Source of the DNA: Octopus vulgaris
Taxonomy: Eukaryota
NCBI GenBank assembly: GCA_951406725.2
Contig: OX597814.1
Coordinates: 69,068,001-69,132,000, forward strand
Length of the DNA stretch: 64,000 nucleotides
Reading direction: 5' to 3'
The notes under the pieces are model-generated. The model ran no database searches. It saw nothing but the letters and a program-made list of their open reading frames with translations, and was not told the DNA's origin. Shown here piece by piece: positions 52,346-64,000 of the stretch. The position numbers were made by a program, and so were the translations under genes. The first letter of the stretch is position 1. Each line of letters starts with the position of its first letter.

Positions 52346-53255
52346 TGTAGTAGTGGTGACAGTTATGCTTCACAATGTTTGACTATAGCGAAATGATTAA
52401 ATCTGTGCCTTAAATACAGCTGTGTAGGCTCCAGATTGCTAGGTTTTGCAAACTGTATTCTGATCAATCAGTGTGTAGTATCACTTAATTACTTAAGCTG
52501 ATTGGTTTAGGCGTCACGCTTTGTTGAACATGTCAAGAGTCCTGTATCTTAACCCTGGCCGAGGCAGCAATTGTTGGGCTATTTTTAGAAATGTTGTAAA
52601 TAGCCTTTGTCAGGGATTTTTATATTTCAATTGTCATCATCATCATTGTCAGCACCTTAATTATTGTTGCTAGTGGTGATGGTGGTGGCAATAGAACTTT
52701 TAACCCTAAATAAGATAATTTTCCTGCTATCTTCATCTTGATCACCTTTAGTATTGTTGTTGTTGTTAGTGGTCATGGTCGTAGCAGTAGAAGTAGTACC
52801 TCTAAATATTATTATTATTGCTAATTTAGCTTGGGTTCGAATTTATCAATAAAATTCTTTTCTCTGATTTTCCTCTCGATTTCATTTGGGCTGTGTAATT
52901 TGTAGAATGGAAATATTATATATATTTTCCGACCACGTGTTGCTAGGTGGTTACTCAAAGGTATCTGACGGACCTCTGGGTCTCTAATCTGTTGTCGGTG
53001 TACACGTGAGCGTTCTGATAGTGCATTTACCGTCTGACCTACATATATTTCTTCACAATTTGGGCATTTGATGCAGTAAATTAAATTTCTGCTTTTGCAG
53101 TTCATATTCGCGTTTGTGAATATTTTCCCGGTTTTGTGTTTATATATTGGCCGGTATGTATGAATTGGCATGTGCCACATCGGCTATCATTGCATTCAGA
53201 AAACAGTGAATGTTTGGTCTTTGTTGCTAAGGTCAAATTTTGCCTTTGTTAGTAA

Positions 53256-55246
53256 TTGACCAATACATTGATATCCTGTCTAAATTTCCCCTTAGACGCA
53301 ATACCAATGTTAGGCCAAACATTAACAAGTCAGAGATGTCTGCATGTAAACGTATACAAAACGATCAAACAATAATAATTAAACAAGCAGATAAACGTGG
53401 TGCAATTGTTATTATGGATACCGAATACTATAAGGATTTGGTTGAGGACCAACTGAAGGACACAACCTTCTATTGTGAAATACCCTCAAATATAGACCAC
53501 CGCATCATGAAAAAGATCAACAACCTGATCTCAAAACACTACAACTCACTTACCGATAATGAAGGAGACTACATCACCAATTTCGAACCAAAACCCAGCA
53601 ACTTCTACGGCTTACCGAAAATACATAAATCAAAAGATATTCAACAGGCAGTAAAAGAACAAGAAAGTGAGTACATAAAATTACTACATCCAAATGACCT
53701 AAAACTTAGACCTATAATAGCCGGTCCAGCATGCCCTACCCACCGTCTAAGCAATTTTATTGACATTGTTTTGAAACCACTATGTACTTACATACCCAGT
53801 TTCATCAGGGATGACATCGACTTCCTGTCCCATCTTCACAAAACAACAGAAACAAATTCAGTTTTACTAAGTTTTGATGTGGTAAGCCTCTACACCAATA
53901 TCCCACATGATTTAAGAATAAAGGCGATTAAATACTGGTTAGAAAAACATAGAGAAGTGATTCCCAGCAGATTCACAGTGCCATTTATATTAGACACAGT
54001 CAAACTTATTCTAGAAAACAACACATTCTTCTTCAATGGAAAGAATTACATCCAAATTAGAGGCACGGCGATGGGAACAAGGTTTGCTCCCGTTTACGCC
54101 AACTCTGTAATGGGATACTTAGAACAACAACTCTACTAAGAGGTGGAGGTAAACTATGGCACTGGATTTATAAAGTATATTGAAAAGGCATGGAAGAGAT
54201 ACCTTGACGACTGCTTCATAATCTGGACTGAATCTCTAAATATTCTGGAAGAGTTCAATATCCTCCTGAACAACCTACACCCATCTCTCCAATTTACAAA
54301 GGAGATGAGTAGTACCAAATTATCATTCCTAGATATAATGGTAATTAAAAAAGACACCACCATCACCACAGATATATACTATAAACACACAGACACACAT
54401 CAATACCTGAATTTTAAGTCGTGCCATCTACCACATACAAAACGCAACATCCCATACTGCCTAGCCAGAAGAATTTGTACCATTGTAGAAGATGCAAATA
54501 TCAGGAACAAACGCCTAACAGAACTAAGAGAATTTTTGCTCAAACAAAAATACCCATCTCTACTTATAGATAATGGTATACAGCGGGCTATAAAAATACC
54601 CATACAACAACTTAGGACAACCCAAGGAAGAGGAAAACAAGAACAAGACATACCATTCATAGTGACACATAACCCATGTCACCAGAATATCTTCAACATT
54701 GCCAAAGCAAACCTACCAATCATTGCTCAAAGTAATGAATTAAAAGATATAATCACGGATCGAGCTATGGCTCTTAGTAAAAGACAGCCTAAAAACTTGA
54801 AAAATTTACTAACAAAGGCAAAATTTGACCTTAGCAACAAAGACCAAACATTCACTGTATCTAAATGCAATGATAGCCGATGTGGCACATGCCAATTCAT
54901 ACATACCGGCCAATATATAAACACAAAAACCGGGAAAATATTCACAAACGCGAATATGAACTGCAAAAGCAGAAATTTAATATACTGCATCAAATGCCCA
55001 AATTGTGAAGAAATATATGTAGGTCAGACGGTAAATGCACTATCAGAACGCTCACGTGTACACCGACAACAGATTAGAGACCCAGAGGTCCGTCAGATAC
55101 CTTTGAGTAACTACCTAGCAACACGTGGTCGGAAAATATATATAATATTTCCATTCTACAAATTACACAGCCCAAATGAAATCGAGAGGAAAATCAGAGA
55201 AAAGAATTTTATTGATAAATTCGAACCCAAGCTAAATAAGCAATAA
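53256..55246 (+). pseudogene. PLE RT + GIY-YIG ORF with a single in-frame TAA (54137-54139)
   Basis: IIIKQADKRGAIV, FYGLPKIHK, SFDVVSLYTNIP, GTAMG, YLDD, CNDSRCGTC, NLIYCIKC..IYVGQT; the two ORFs share one frame. Confidence 0.93.
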
Positions 55247-55715
55247 TAATAATACTTAGAGGTACTACTTCTACTGCTACGACCATGACCACTAACAACA
55301 ACAACAATACTAAAGGTGATCAAGATGAAGATAGCAGGAAAATTATCTTATTTAGGGTTAAAAGTTCTATTGCCACCACCATCACCACTAGCAACAATAA
55401 TTAAGGTGCTGACAATGATGATGATGACAATTGAAATATAAAAATCCCTGACAAAGGCTATTTACAACATTTCTAAAAATAGCCCAACAATTGCTGCCTC
55501 GGCCAGGGTTAAGATACAGGACTCTTGACATGTTCAACAAAGCGTGTCGCCTAAACCAATCAGCTTAAGTAATTGAGTGATACTACACACTGATTGGTCA
55601 GAATACAGTTTGCAAAACCTAGCAATCTGGAGCCTACACAGCTGTATTTAAGGCACAGATTTAATCATTTCGCTATAGTCAAAAATTGTGAAGCATGACT
55701 GTCACCACTACTATA

Positions 55716-55760
55716 TGAACCTGAAGATTGCAGAATTTAATGCATGAAAGTACTAGTTCA
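55716..55760 (+). ncRNA. Minimal type I hammerhead in the PLE 3' pLTR
   Basis: TGAAC CTGAAGA TTGCA GAATTTAA TGCAT GAAA GTAC TA GTTCA; predicted cleavage after 55755. Confidence 0.82.
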
Positions 55761-56187
55761 ATCAGAATAAACATTTTACATTCTATTATTTTATTTTATT
55801 TTATTATATTATATTATCTTATATTATATCATTATAAGATTGTAAATAAAACGTGGAAATCAGACAAGGTTGGAATTCCTTTTATTAATATATATATATG
55901 TAGTGGATGTGTGTGTGCGTAACTAAATACATAAACTGTTTCATGATTAAAAAGGGATTTATTTACATGGGTTATAAGTACACTACATAAAAGTGTAAGC
56001 AAATGCTACGCATTGCTTGTATAGAACACATATTAAAGATGAATATGTTTGTGTGTGTGGGTGTGTGCGTGAATCATTCGAAACAGTAGCCTGTAGGCAT
56101 TTCTCTGTCGTCTTCAAAACGCGGGGTGTCTGCTGGTGTGTCAGCTCCGATTGTGTTTCTTTCTCTCTTTTTCCCTTATATTTATAA

Positions 56188-57356
56188 CTAGCTGAAGGTG
56201 ACCCGCTCTACGCGCGGGTAAGAGTGTGGTTGTTACTTTCTGTTGCATCCTTTCAGCACGTAAAAAGCACCATCCGAACGTGGCCGATTGCAGCGCCGCC
56301 TTGACTTGCTTCTGTGCCGGTGGCACGTAAAAAGCACCAACCGATCGTTGCCGCTGCGAGCCTCCCTGGCACCTGTGCCGGCGGCACGAAAAAAGCACCC
56401 ACTACACTCACAGTGGTTGGCGTTAGGAAGGTCATCCACCTGTAGAAACACTGCCAGATCAGACTGGAGCCTGGTGCAGCCTCCTGGCTTCCCAGACCCC
56501 GGTCAAACTGTCCAACCCGTGCTAGCACGGAAAACGGACGTTAAATGATGATGATTCTCCGTCTTTGTTTCTCTCTCCTTTCTCTCTCACTTTCCCACTC
56601 TCTTACTTTTCTTTTCTCTCGGACTCTCCCTCGCTTTCTCTTACTCTCTATCTTTATCTATCTCTCTCCCATTTATAAACAACAGAAGATCTTGAATAAG
56701 TTGAGAAATAAAATATTTAGAAAGATCAATCATAAATATCAGGCAGTGGCAACGGAAAGGTCTGCTTCAAGGCAGACAGCAAAACGCTAACATTTAAAAG
56801 GGACAGACGAACTTGCGAGCTGAATAAAAATAATAAAATATTGGAAACCAAAGTTTGAAGGGATAGAATCTGAGGAGAGTAGAGTCACCATGGCTGGCAT
56901 TTCTTAACGACGGACAATAACGTATTGACAGTTTAACGGCTGGCGTAAAATTTTGAACTTGATGTAGAAGAAAATTCGTAAACACCAAGTTTTGAAGTGA
57001 TTCTTTCTCACGACAGTAGACTTACCATTCAAAACTTCTTTATCATGGACGGCAACACATTGACGATTAAAAGGCTGGCGCAAATTTTTTAGCTTGATGT
57101 AACAGAGAATTCCTAAACACCCGCTCCTTGAAATTTTAATCCCCTTCCAGCCCCATAGGACCCCTTTTCACATTTTGGTTAATATAACCCGATTTCATTC
57201 GGGTCTACTGGGGCCACATTTTATAAGATGAGGAATTTTGTCCTAGAGGTGACGCCTTTCATTTGAGGAAAAAAATAGTTGTCATGCAAACTTGCCAGCA
57301 CTTTTAACATAGGTGTGCATATTTTCAGCTGAATCGACCGACTACGTAATGCACAC

Positions 57357-57360
<4 letters not shown>
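56188..57360 (-). mobile_element. Probable non-autonomous Helitron with a nested retroposon tail
   Basis: Minus-strand 3' end ACCCGCGCGTAGAGCGGGT..CTAG|T; 5' boundary uncertain. Confidence 0.5.
56250..56554 (+). mobile_element. SINE/LINE 3' tail with three GCACGTAAAAAGCACC-type subrepeats and a (GAT)n end
   Basis: Internal repeats and terminal GACGTTAAATGATGATGAT. Confidence 0.6.
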
Positions 57361-57425
<65 letters not shown>

Positions 57426-58299
57426 GTGTGTGTGTGTGTGCACGCATTATATATACAAATGTATACAAATGAGATATATATCTGTATAAATTAAATTAGA
57501 GAGAAAATCACTAATAGGCAAATCAAACAGTGAAAAACCAAAAACAAAAACATTAAAAAAATATAATATAGAAAATATATAAAATATAAAATTGAAAAAT
57601 TTAAGTTATTTAAATTGAAAATAAAAATTATTAAATTATATTTATAATTTGTTTAAAAATATATATAACTATGAAAAAGTATGAAAAGGTTTAATATACA
57701 TAAATACAGATATATACACTTTGTATATATACATTATATATACATATTTATATATAGAACCTCACACACACACACACACATACATTATATATACATATTT
57801 ATATATAGAACACACACACACACACACATATACATGAACGCAAGAATATCTGATTCATGATATTTGTTCTCATGCTCGTGTGTTGTTGGTGACAGACAGA
57901 TACTTAAAAGAACGCCGCCGAAGGTAGGAAATAGAGTCAGTGAAAAAGAGAGGAAATAGCGAGAGTGACAGATACTTTACACAACGGTAGTGGACTTATC
58001 AAAGTTATAATTGAAGGGGAGTAAGAGAGGGAAAGGAGGAAATAGCGTGAGTGAGGAAGATGGCCCCTAGAAACCACACCTTTTAAGATAGGGATTTCTA
58101 AGGTAGCCCACGAGCATCGTTACCTCATTCTACATGTCCCTGTAAATTTTGGAGCGAATCGGACGGGACGTAGTGGCATTGAAAGCGATCCAAGCGGTAA
58201 AAACTCATTTCAGTTTTATATAGAGGGATATTTCAAACAGCTAGAAAGATAGACATACTGCAACCGAGTTACTACTTAAGTAGGTCAGCGCTTGTCCAG

Positions 58300-59581
58300 T
58301 TGAACTTCGCCTGACATGGCTGAGGTCGCAGGTCAAAGGGAGATGATCAATCACTTTTTGACAGAACAAAGGATCTTTAAATTTCGCGCCTATACATGCA
58401 TTGGTTTTTGACGACCGATGATTCTTGGATTCGATTTCGAATCTAAGCTTAGAGAAGGAAGTGCTAACTCTTACACTACCCCCTTCTAGTGAGAAAGCCA
58501 CAGAGATCGAACGATATTGGAAATGTTATTTTTTGTGTGTATGCAGAAAAAATTTACACATTGTAACAGACAAATGAACAATAAAAATATGAATCAAAGG
58601 TTTACTGTTTGTATGTGCTATATGGTGGGCAATATGTATTTGTGCCCAGGCAGAAATATGTTGGCGCGTTGAAAGAGATGTGCGTCTATTGATTACTCGA
58701 CCTACTAGAGGTCTAATAGAGGCAAGGTGTCTTTCTGTGGCGAAAAAGATCGAGTGGTAGCGCACATGAGAATATGACTTGTAAATGTGTGTGAACATAC
58801 AGTTAGCAAAAATATATTTACAAGAAGGCAAAACATTTCACAATCGAACTTTGCCGATGAACATTTCTTTCATTTTTACATGTACATATTTTTTGTTTTC
58901 TCTTTAAAATGTTTTGCCTTCTTGTAAATATATTTTTGCTAACTGTATGTTCACACACATTTACAAGTCATATTCTCATGTGTGCTACCACTCGATCTTT
59001 TTCGCCACAGAAAGACACCTTGCCTCTATTAGACCTCTAGTGGGTCGAGTAATCAATAGACGCACATCTCTTTCAATGCGCCAACATATTTCTGCCTGGG
59101 CACAAATACATATTGCCCACCATATAGCACATACAAACAGTAAACCTTTGATTCATATTTTTATTGTTCATTTGTCTGTTACAATGTGTAAATTTTTTCT
59201 GCATACACTCAAAAAATAACATTTCCAATATCGTTCGATCTCTGTGGCTTTCTCACTAGAAGTGGGGTAGTGTAAGAGTTAGCACTTCCTTCTCTAAGCT
59301 TAGATTCGAAATCGAATCCAAGAATCATCGGTCGTCAAAAACCAATGCATGTATAGGCGCGAAATTTAAAGATCCTTTGTTCTGTCAAAAAGTGATTGAT
59401 CATCTCTCTTTGACCTGCGACCTCAGCTATGTCAGGCGAAGTTCAAAGGGAGATGATCAATCACTTTTTGACAGAACAAAGGATCTTTAAATTTCGCGCC
59501 TATACATGCATTGGTTTTTGACGACCGATGATTCTTGGATTCGATTTCGAATCTAAGCTCAGAGAAGGAAGTGCTAACTCT

Positions 59582-59585
<4 letters not shown>
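58300..59585. repeat. Foldback: ~540-bp inverted arms (58300-58838 and 58907-59446) plus a third partial direct copy (59443-59585)
   Basis: Seen directly; mirrored ORFs 58526-58831 (-) and 58914-59219 (+). Confidence 0.92.
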
Positions 59586-59614
<29 letters not shown>

Positions 59615-59616
<2 letters not shown>

Positions 59617-60320
59617 GGAGTTAAACGTAGGCGTTATTCAAGTTCTTCGACACATATTTCGAAGATATCACACTAGAAAATCTATCATAAAGTTGGACAA
59701 TAAGTTGTGGGTCCGTAAAGACAAACCAGATAGTTTTGATGTTACAATGGGAAGTTCTGATTCGGCACAAGTAGCTCATTTAGTCTGTATGTATATACTC
59801 TTTGAAATGGCAGAACAGTTCCCAAACATTAATGGAGGTCTATATCGTGATGATTGTTTACTTTACTTTCAAAATGTTTCCGACCAAAAAGTATAAAAAT
59901 TTTAAGAATAGTTTAGTTAAGTTTTTTCCATAGAATGGGCTTAAGCATAGTTTTTGATGATCAAGTAAAGGCCAACTTTTTAGATATTACATTTAACTTA
60001 CACAATAATTCGTGCTTCCCATACCACAAACCATCGACCAATCTTAAGTATATTAGCAAATTCAGTAATTATTCTAGGGTAATTACTAAGAACTTAATTA
60101 AGAATTTCATTTAGATTGTCTAAGTTATCTGCTAATGTTGACATTTTCAATGATAAGGCTAAATTTTATAACTCTGCCTTACTGAAAGCAGGTTATACAG
60201 AGAAAGTTACCTACATTAATTCCAGTCAATCTTATTCTACCTTTACTAATGGAGATATGAAATCTAGTTGTAAGGATATAAATGACATCAATTTTAATTT
60301 ATACGCCAACACCAAACCTT
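59615..60320 (+). mobile_element. Decayed PLE RT fragment of a different subgroup
   Basis: FDVTMGSSDSAQVAHLV..GGLYRDDCL; NFLDITFNL downstream. Confidence 0.75.
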
Positions 60321-60329
60321 CATGTATAG

Positions 60330-62100
60330 GCGGTCAGTGTCTGCGCGTGAATGATGGGTTCCATGCATTGTTTGGAAATTTCTTGACTTCCTGTCCATCT
60401 CCTTTAGCTCCTCCTCTTTCAACTGCAGGATTCCAGTGCCATGTCGAACTACTGCGACTGCGAGTTTATTGCCGAGATTATGTTTCTGATATTCAGCTTT
60501 GAAGGCAATATTTTTCTCACTCGCTGCAGGTTCTCTCTTTTTGTCTTTTCCTTCATGTCGTAGTTTTTGATTCCATCTGCCTCAAGTTCTCCCAAGTATT
60601 TATGGCTGGATTGAGGTTGACTTGCCTTCATCATTCACCACTTGGCAACCATATGCCTTCTATCTTGGCAAGCTTTCCTCGTCTCCTCATCATCGTAGCA
60701 CATTTTGAGAGACCAAATTCCATATTAATGTCATTGGAGAAAATCCGCACAGACTGTCCTAGGCTGTCCAGTTCTGCCTCAATTTTTGTGAATATCTTCA
60801 GCTCGACCATGAATAGCAAGTGGTTTAGTTTTTCCATACCATACCCCAACTTTGCTTTGTGTAGTATTTCATTCAAGAGGATCATTCCCAGCAGGAGTAT
60901 CAGTGGGGACACACTAGCTCCCTGAAAGATTCCTCTCTTGATTTTCAGTTCTCTTAGTACTTGCTTCCCGGCTGTCAATACTATTGTCCAGCATTTCATG
61001 CTATATCATTTAAGGTTTCTCATATTTTCCGCAACCCCATACATTTCTATTGTTCTTATTATCCAGGAATGTGGTATCATATCATGTAGTGTGCTTTGTG
61101 ATAGTCAACCCATGTCATGCTCAGGTTTGTATGTTTTCTCTTGCAGTTCCTGATTATCAAGTAAGAGCTGATTCTTCGTTTCCCAGCTCCTTTTTCGGCA
61201 CTTTTCTGATTTGCTTCAAACAATCTGTTTTGCCTGAGCTGTCTTTTTCTATTGTTATATCTTTACAGTTTTGCTTTGATTGCTACTACTCTTTGCTTCA
61301 ATCCTTCAAATATCTCTTATTCTATATGTTCGTTTCAGTGTTATTCTTATGCTTTCGTTCTGCAATTCTCCTCTTTTCAATCTATCAACTTGTCCTAAAT
61401 GTTTGTTTAACCTTGTTTCTTACAAATTCGTCCACGCCAGTATGGTTCTTTACCTTCTGTTTGTTCTTTTCTTTTGTATCCAACTCTGTCTGCTGTAACC
61501 ATAGTTGCAGCCCAAATAATTTTGTTAGTTTCAGTTATATTTCTCCTCTAGAATAGCCCAAAAACCGATTCTATCTTTTCGGTTTCAACTTTAAGCTTGC
61601 ATTGATCAATGTACCTCAGATTGCGTGGTGTTTGATCCTGGTCTTCTCTACAGCGTCCTCACTATGTCTTGTTGGTCATCATCGTATTCTTGTGATATAG
61701 TTCTTCCTATTGCTTCAGCTTCATTTGCTGAGAATGCATTTACATTTACACTTTGCTCTACTTCTTCACTGCCTCCTTTCATTTTTCTGTTCTCACTTCT
61801 CTTATTGCTCTTACCTGGTCGGCTAACCTTTGTTCACTTGTTTCGAAGAGTCCTATCTAATTCCATTTTGCTTCCATTCATTGTCGGAATTCCTTTCTGC
61901 TGGGTCCACTCCTGATCCATCATTCAATTACCGTTCGGTTTGCCTCTTTATAATATCTTCTTCTCAGCCTTTAGCTTTGTGTACAAGCAGTCTCTGGATG
62001 ACGACCGGACCTGCGCTGCTCAACCACAGGCCACCTGCCTGGCGAAAGGCTTTTACCTTTGGTTCCAGCCTCATTAACACCATTGTTTGATACATTTGTA
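60330..62100 (-). mobile_element. Decayed R4/Dong-type copy
   Basis: IKRGIFQGASVSPL, NHLLFMVELKIF, YLGELEADGIK; related to 8110-10375. Confidence 0.8.
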
Positions 62101-63229
62101 TTATACAGTTTCACTCAACATTGAGGTATGTGTTTTAAGGTTAGCCACCAACCGGTATTTTTATCGAGACACCATCTCTAGTAAAATTGTCAACTAAGAC
62201 TGCAGAACTCTTACTACACATATGTTGGGCCTGTTCCCTTCGCATTTCTGTGTGTTGGAGACCATGATCGTGATTCTTGCAAGGAGACAGGTGAGCGTCG
62301 GTTGGTCCCGCATCTTCATTCAAATATTGCACTGGAGTTGAGTCCCGATTCGCGGTTCATTCATCTTCATCCCAGGTATGGAGCCGTTGAACACTGACAA
62401 GCTGTCACCACTAAGGAGTCCAGTCTACCTCAGATTTAAACTTAAATCCAAGACAGACTGCCAACCAAGGCTCACGAGTTCTGTCTACCCGTTTTCGGAA
62501 TGGCCATTGGCTTTTCAGAGTTCCTAGTTTTATTTTTAACCCTGCAACGTGTCGAAAATCCACCGGCCTCACCAAGCAAGTTTAGTGAGGTTACCAGTTT
62601 AGATACCGACTACACGACGGCCTCACAACGCCACTTGTTAATCATTCTGGGTAATAATTTACTTGTTCACTATTATAATTTCACTATTACTACTATAATC
62701 CATATCTTATTATTTACTTGTTCACTACTATAGTTTCACAATTATTACTCAACTTATATTATTACTATAAGGCCGAAAGGTCTTAATATTATCTTCCCTG
62801 ATTTCTTTAGACAACAAATAATGGCAGATTTACGGCTGTTGGTTTAGCTACTGCTGATGCTGCGGCGTTAAATAGAGGAGCAGCCTTGTTATGTCTATTA
62901 ATACAGGTTGCTAGATTGGACTTCTAGTTGACATGACTGGCAGTGGGTTGGGCACGAGGGGGAGAGGATTTTTGAGAAGAGCGTCGACATGTTGGAACTG
63001 GCAAAGATAAGATATAGAAATTTATAAACAACACCTCCAAGTTTAAAAAAAAAACTATAGTAGTCTATCTATAAAACACCACATCGTATTTACGATAAAG
63101 GAATCTGTCTATGGAAAATCACATCGTAGTTAAGATATAGAAATCTATAAACATCTCAGAGTTTTAGCAAACATAGAAAGTAATAGAAAAGGCTTACATA
63201 TTATTGTTGTTGTTACTTACTTTTAATCT

Positions 63230-64000
63230 GCATGTTTGCTACAGTCACGTGCCAAGACACACCTAGCGTCCTAGGGCGAGTGAAGGATAAGTGATGTTAC
63301 AGTATGACTGAAATCTCGGGGAGGGGAAGTGGCAGGGGCAGTAATGAAATATCGTCATGTAATACAACACTAACATTTAAAATGATAGGGTTTTCTAAGG
63401 ATGTGGGCAGTACTTGTCAGCACATTCATTTGGATTTCTCTGACACATGATTCTCCTGAGATGTTATCTAGATGTTTCTGATATCTCTTTTTTATCATAC
63501 CTATGGTACCAACAATAACAGGAACGGTTCTCGCTTTAAGATGCCACATCTTTTTTTTTTCAGTTTCCAGGTCCTTATGTTTATTTAATTTGTCAAATTC
63601 CTTTACAGATATATTTTTATCAAGTATACTTACATCTATTAGTCTACAACAATTTTCTTCCTTGTCTTTAATGACTGTGTCTGGTCGATTAACCTGGATC
63701 GTCCTGTCGGTATTGACTGGGAAATCTCAGAGGATAGTGACATTCTTACCTTCAACGACTGGCTCGGGATGATGTTCATACCAGTAAACAGGAGTGCCGA
63801 TTTTGTAGTGTTAACATATTTTCCAATATAAGCACAGTCCTACCCTATTGTGGCGATTTTTGTATTCGTTTGGTGTTAGCACAGGACATCCCGAGACGAG
63901 ATGGTCTATTGTTTTGTCTAATGTGTCGCAGAATATGCATTTAGGGTGAGAATTGTTTTGAAGAACATTAGCCTTGTAGCTTTTGGTAAACAAACTTTGA
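63230..64000 (-). mobile_element. 3' end of an R4/Dong-type element running off the window
   Basis: CIFCDTLDKTIDHLVSGCP..NRHNRVG followed by RLE remnants. Confidence 0.8.

Larger units (their letters stand above)
52146..55893 (+). mobile_element. Neptune-type PLE, 5'-truncated, with an inverted upstream pseudo-LTR
   Basis: 52174-53255 is the reverse complement of 54806-55893; both ends lie in (TA)n. Confidence 0.93.

Noticed and set aside
58415-58470. Hammerhead-like CCGATGA..hairpin..GGAAGTGCTA
   Set aside because: The core is mismatched and there is no stem I
58526-59219. Pair of 101-aa ORFs on opposite strands
   Set aside because: Mirror images produced by the inverted repeat; no motifs

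Overview
This is a repeat-saturated, AT-rich animal genomic window with no recognisable host gene. The SINE families and the density of TA/CA/AAT microsatellites suggest an octopus or other cephalopod (inference). It contains: (1) a same-strand pile-up of R4/Dong-type RT + restriction-like-endonuclease retrotransposons in (AAT)n tracts, including one intact 1272-aa ORF at 23542-27360; (2) an L1/Tx1-type remnant; (3) several Penelope-like elements (RT + GIY-YIG) with direct or inverted pseudo-LTRs; (4) non-autonomous Helitrons and a Helitron helicase fragment; (5) a TRIM-like LTR element, tRNA-derived SINEs and a ~1.1 kb foldback. Reading both strands by eye gave six canonical type I hammerhead ribozyme motifs plus degenerate ones; two lie in a 563-bp non-coding tandem repeat that resembles a retrozyme. 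The most unusual observation is a hammerhead whose three core strands occur in a scrambled order that is not a circular permutation (cleavage strand, then GAAA strand, then CUGANGA strand). It occurs in two sequence-divergent repeat families (48944-49089 and 49702-49846; 30076-30167) with compensatory changes in every helix. All RNA structures are manual predictions and none has been tested.
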